From Octopus vulgaris (lineage: Eukaryota): a stretch of DNA of 64,000 nucleotides. Location: the NCBI GenBank assembly GCA_951406725.2, contig OX597835.1:28954001-29018000 (forward strand). The letters are read 5' to 3'. Below the pieces are notes generated by a model. It was not told the DNA's origin. It saw only the letters and a program-made list of their open reading frames with translations, and made no database searches. A program made the translations under genes and the position numbers. Shown one piece after another: positions 61,668 through 64,000 of the stretch (its first letter is position 1; each line of letters opens with the position of its first letter).

Positions 61668-62195
61668 AAGTTCAAATTCCGCCGAGGTCGACTTTACCTT
61701 TGATCCTTTAGGGTTGATAAAATAAGTATCAGTTGAACACTGGGGTTGATGTAACCAACTTATCCCCTCCCCGAACTCGCTGGCCTTGCGCCAAAATTTG
61801 AAAGTAATATTATTTTGTAAAGGCGGCAGGCTGGCAGAATCGTTAGTACGCCTGGAGAAATGCTTAGCGGTACTTCGTCTGTCTGCATGTTCTGAGTTCA
61901 AATTCCGCCGAAATCGACTTTGCCGTTTATCCTCTCGGGGGTCGATAAATTAAGTACCAGTTATGCACTGGGGTCGATGTAATCGACTTACCCCTTCCCC
62001 AAACTTGTTGACCTTTTACTGCGCCAGGCAAAATGCTTAGCGGCACTTCGTCCGACTTCACGATCTGAATACTGACGGCTTTGCTTTTCATCCTTTTGGG
62101 TTGATGAATTAAGTACCACTTATGCACTGGGATCGATTTAATCTACTAGTCCCCTCCCACCAAATTTCATGCCTTGTGCCTTTGGTAGAAAGGAT
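61668..62195 (+). mobile_element. SINE family A cluster (three copies or fragments)
   Basis: Core motif at about 61670, 61895 and 62080. Confidence 0.8.
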
Positions 62196-62714
62196 TGTTA
62201 TTATCAATATTGGGGCTAAAGGAAAAATCAATTGGCTGGTCTGTTCCGGAGGGCTTTCGGGCCATTTCCGGTGCGAGATTAACTTCACAAATATGGAGTT
62301 ATCGTCAACCGGTCCTGATCGGTGCCCGAGCAGTGCTGACTTGAGAGAACAGCCGCCGTCACGTGCAGGATTGATCCGTCTATCGCCGGAGTCCATAGTG
62401 AGGATCGTTCTTCCGTCTTCCTTTGACCGTGAAGGACATGCAGTTTTTATCCGTCTGATGATCTTAGTGAAGAAGGTTGTGTGGTGCACCAGAATAAAAA
62501 TGCTAATGATAGACATATTTCTGTTTGGTCAAGCCCTCGTCAGGTTTTTCAACTTTCACTCGAAAAAGTTAGGGTAGAGAGGGGACGCGCTGCCTTCAAG
62601 TTGGGTGAATGTAAACAGTGGAGTCCAAGTAAATGGGCCTACTCTCAGCATGCGCTTTTTGATGGAGTGGGGACAACAGAGGGTAAGCACTTGTCTTAGC
62701 AATCAGAGTAATCT

Positions 62715-62997
62715 GTCATATCTCTCAACTTTTCTTTCTTCCTTATCGAATACCTTGACGTTAGCTGGGCATGCTACATCTATGATCGAACACAGTTTGT
62801 TTTCATTCTTAATTAAGACTATTTCAGGTTTCCTATCCTCTATCTCGTTGTCGCACTGATCATAAAATCCCATAGGATCTTTGCATTTCTATTTTCGACG
62901 ATGCCTTCAGGTTTGTGGTCTTATCAATTTTTTACTCCGTCAAGCCCATACTTGTTGCAAAGTGTCCAATGGACAAACCTGCTTATATTGTCGTGGC
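62715..62997 (-). pseudogene. R4/Dong-type non-LTR retrotransposon relic (RHD motif plus restriction-like endonuclease)
   Basis: RHDNISRFVHWTLCNKYGL...DHKPEGIVENRNAKILWDF../CDNEIEDRKPEIVLIKNENKLCSIIDVACPA..FDKEERKVERYD. Confidence 0.8.
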
Positions 62998-63083
62998 GAA
63001 ATCACTCACCTTATTTTTTTGGGGTATGATGGAAAGTATCAGCTGTTCACAGCAAGCACACTAACGTGATACCTATTTACTGA

Positions 63084-64000
<917 letters not shown>

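Overview
Repeat-saturated, AT-rich eukaryotic DNA with no host protein-coding gene, tRNA or rRNA that I can support; most likely intergenic or intronic. The SINE families and extreme (TA)n/(CA)n/(TACA)n/(TTA)n content look like a cephalopod (Octopus) genome (inference from memory, not a search). Almost all ORFs in the track are microsatellite artefacts. Supported content: four tRNA-headed SINE families (about 35 copies or fragments), a near-complete 1.63-kb DD34E Tc1 element with IR/DR inverted repeats, Tc1/mariner/hAT/pogo/Helitron relics, R4/Dong-type LINE endonuclease relics beside (TAA)n, and Penelope-like element (PLE) debris including a Naiad-like GIY-YIG remnant. The main hidden layer is RNA structure. 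About 14 type I hammerhead ribozyme (HHR) motifs can be read by eye, about 10 with recognisable full cores and three with a CCGANGA core. A four-copy element carries all three hammerhead strands with covarying helices but in a non-canonical, pseudoknotted order. All folds and family calls were made by eye; boundaries are approximate except where motifs are quoted.
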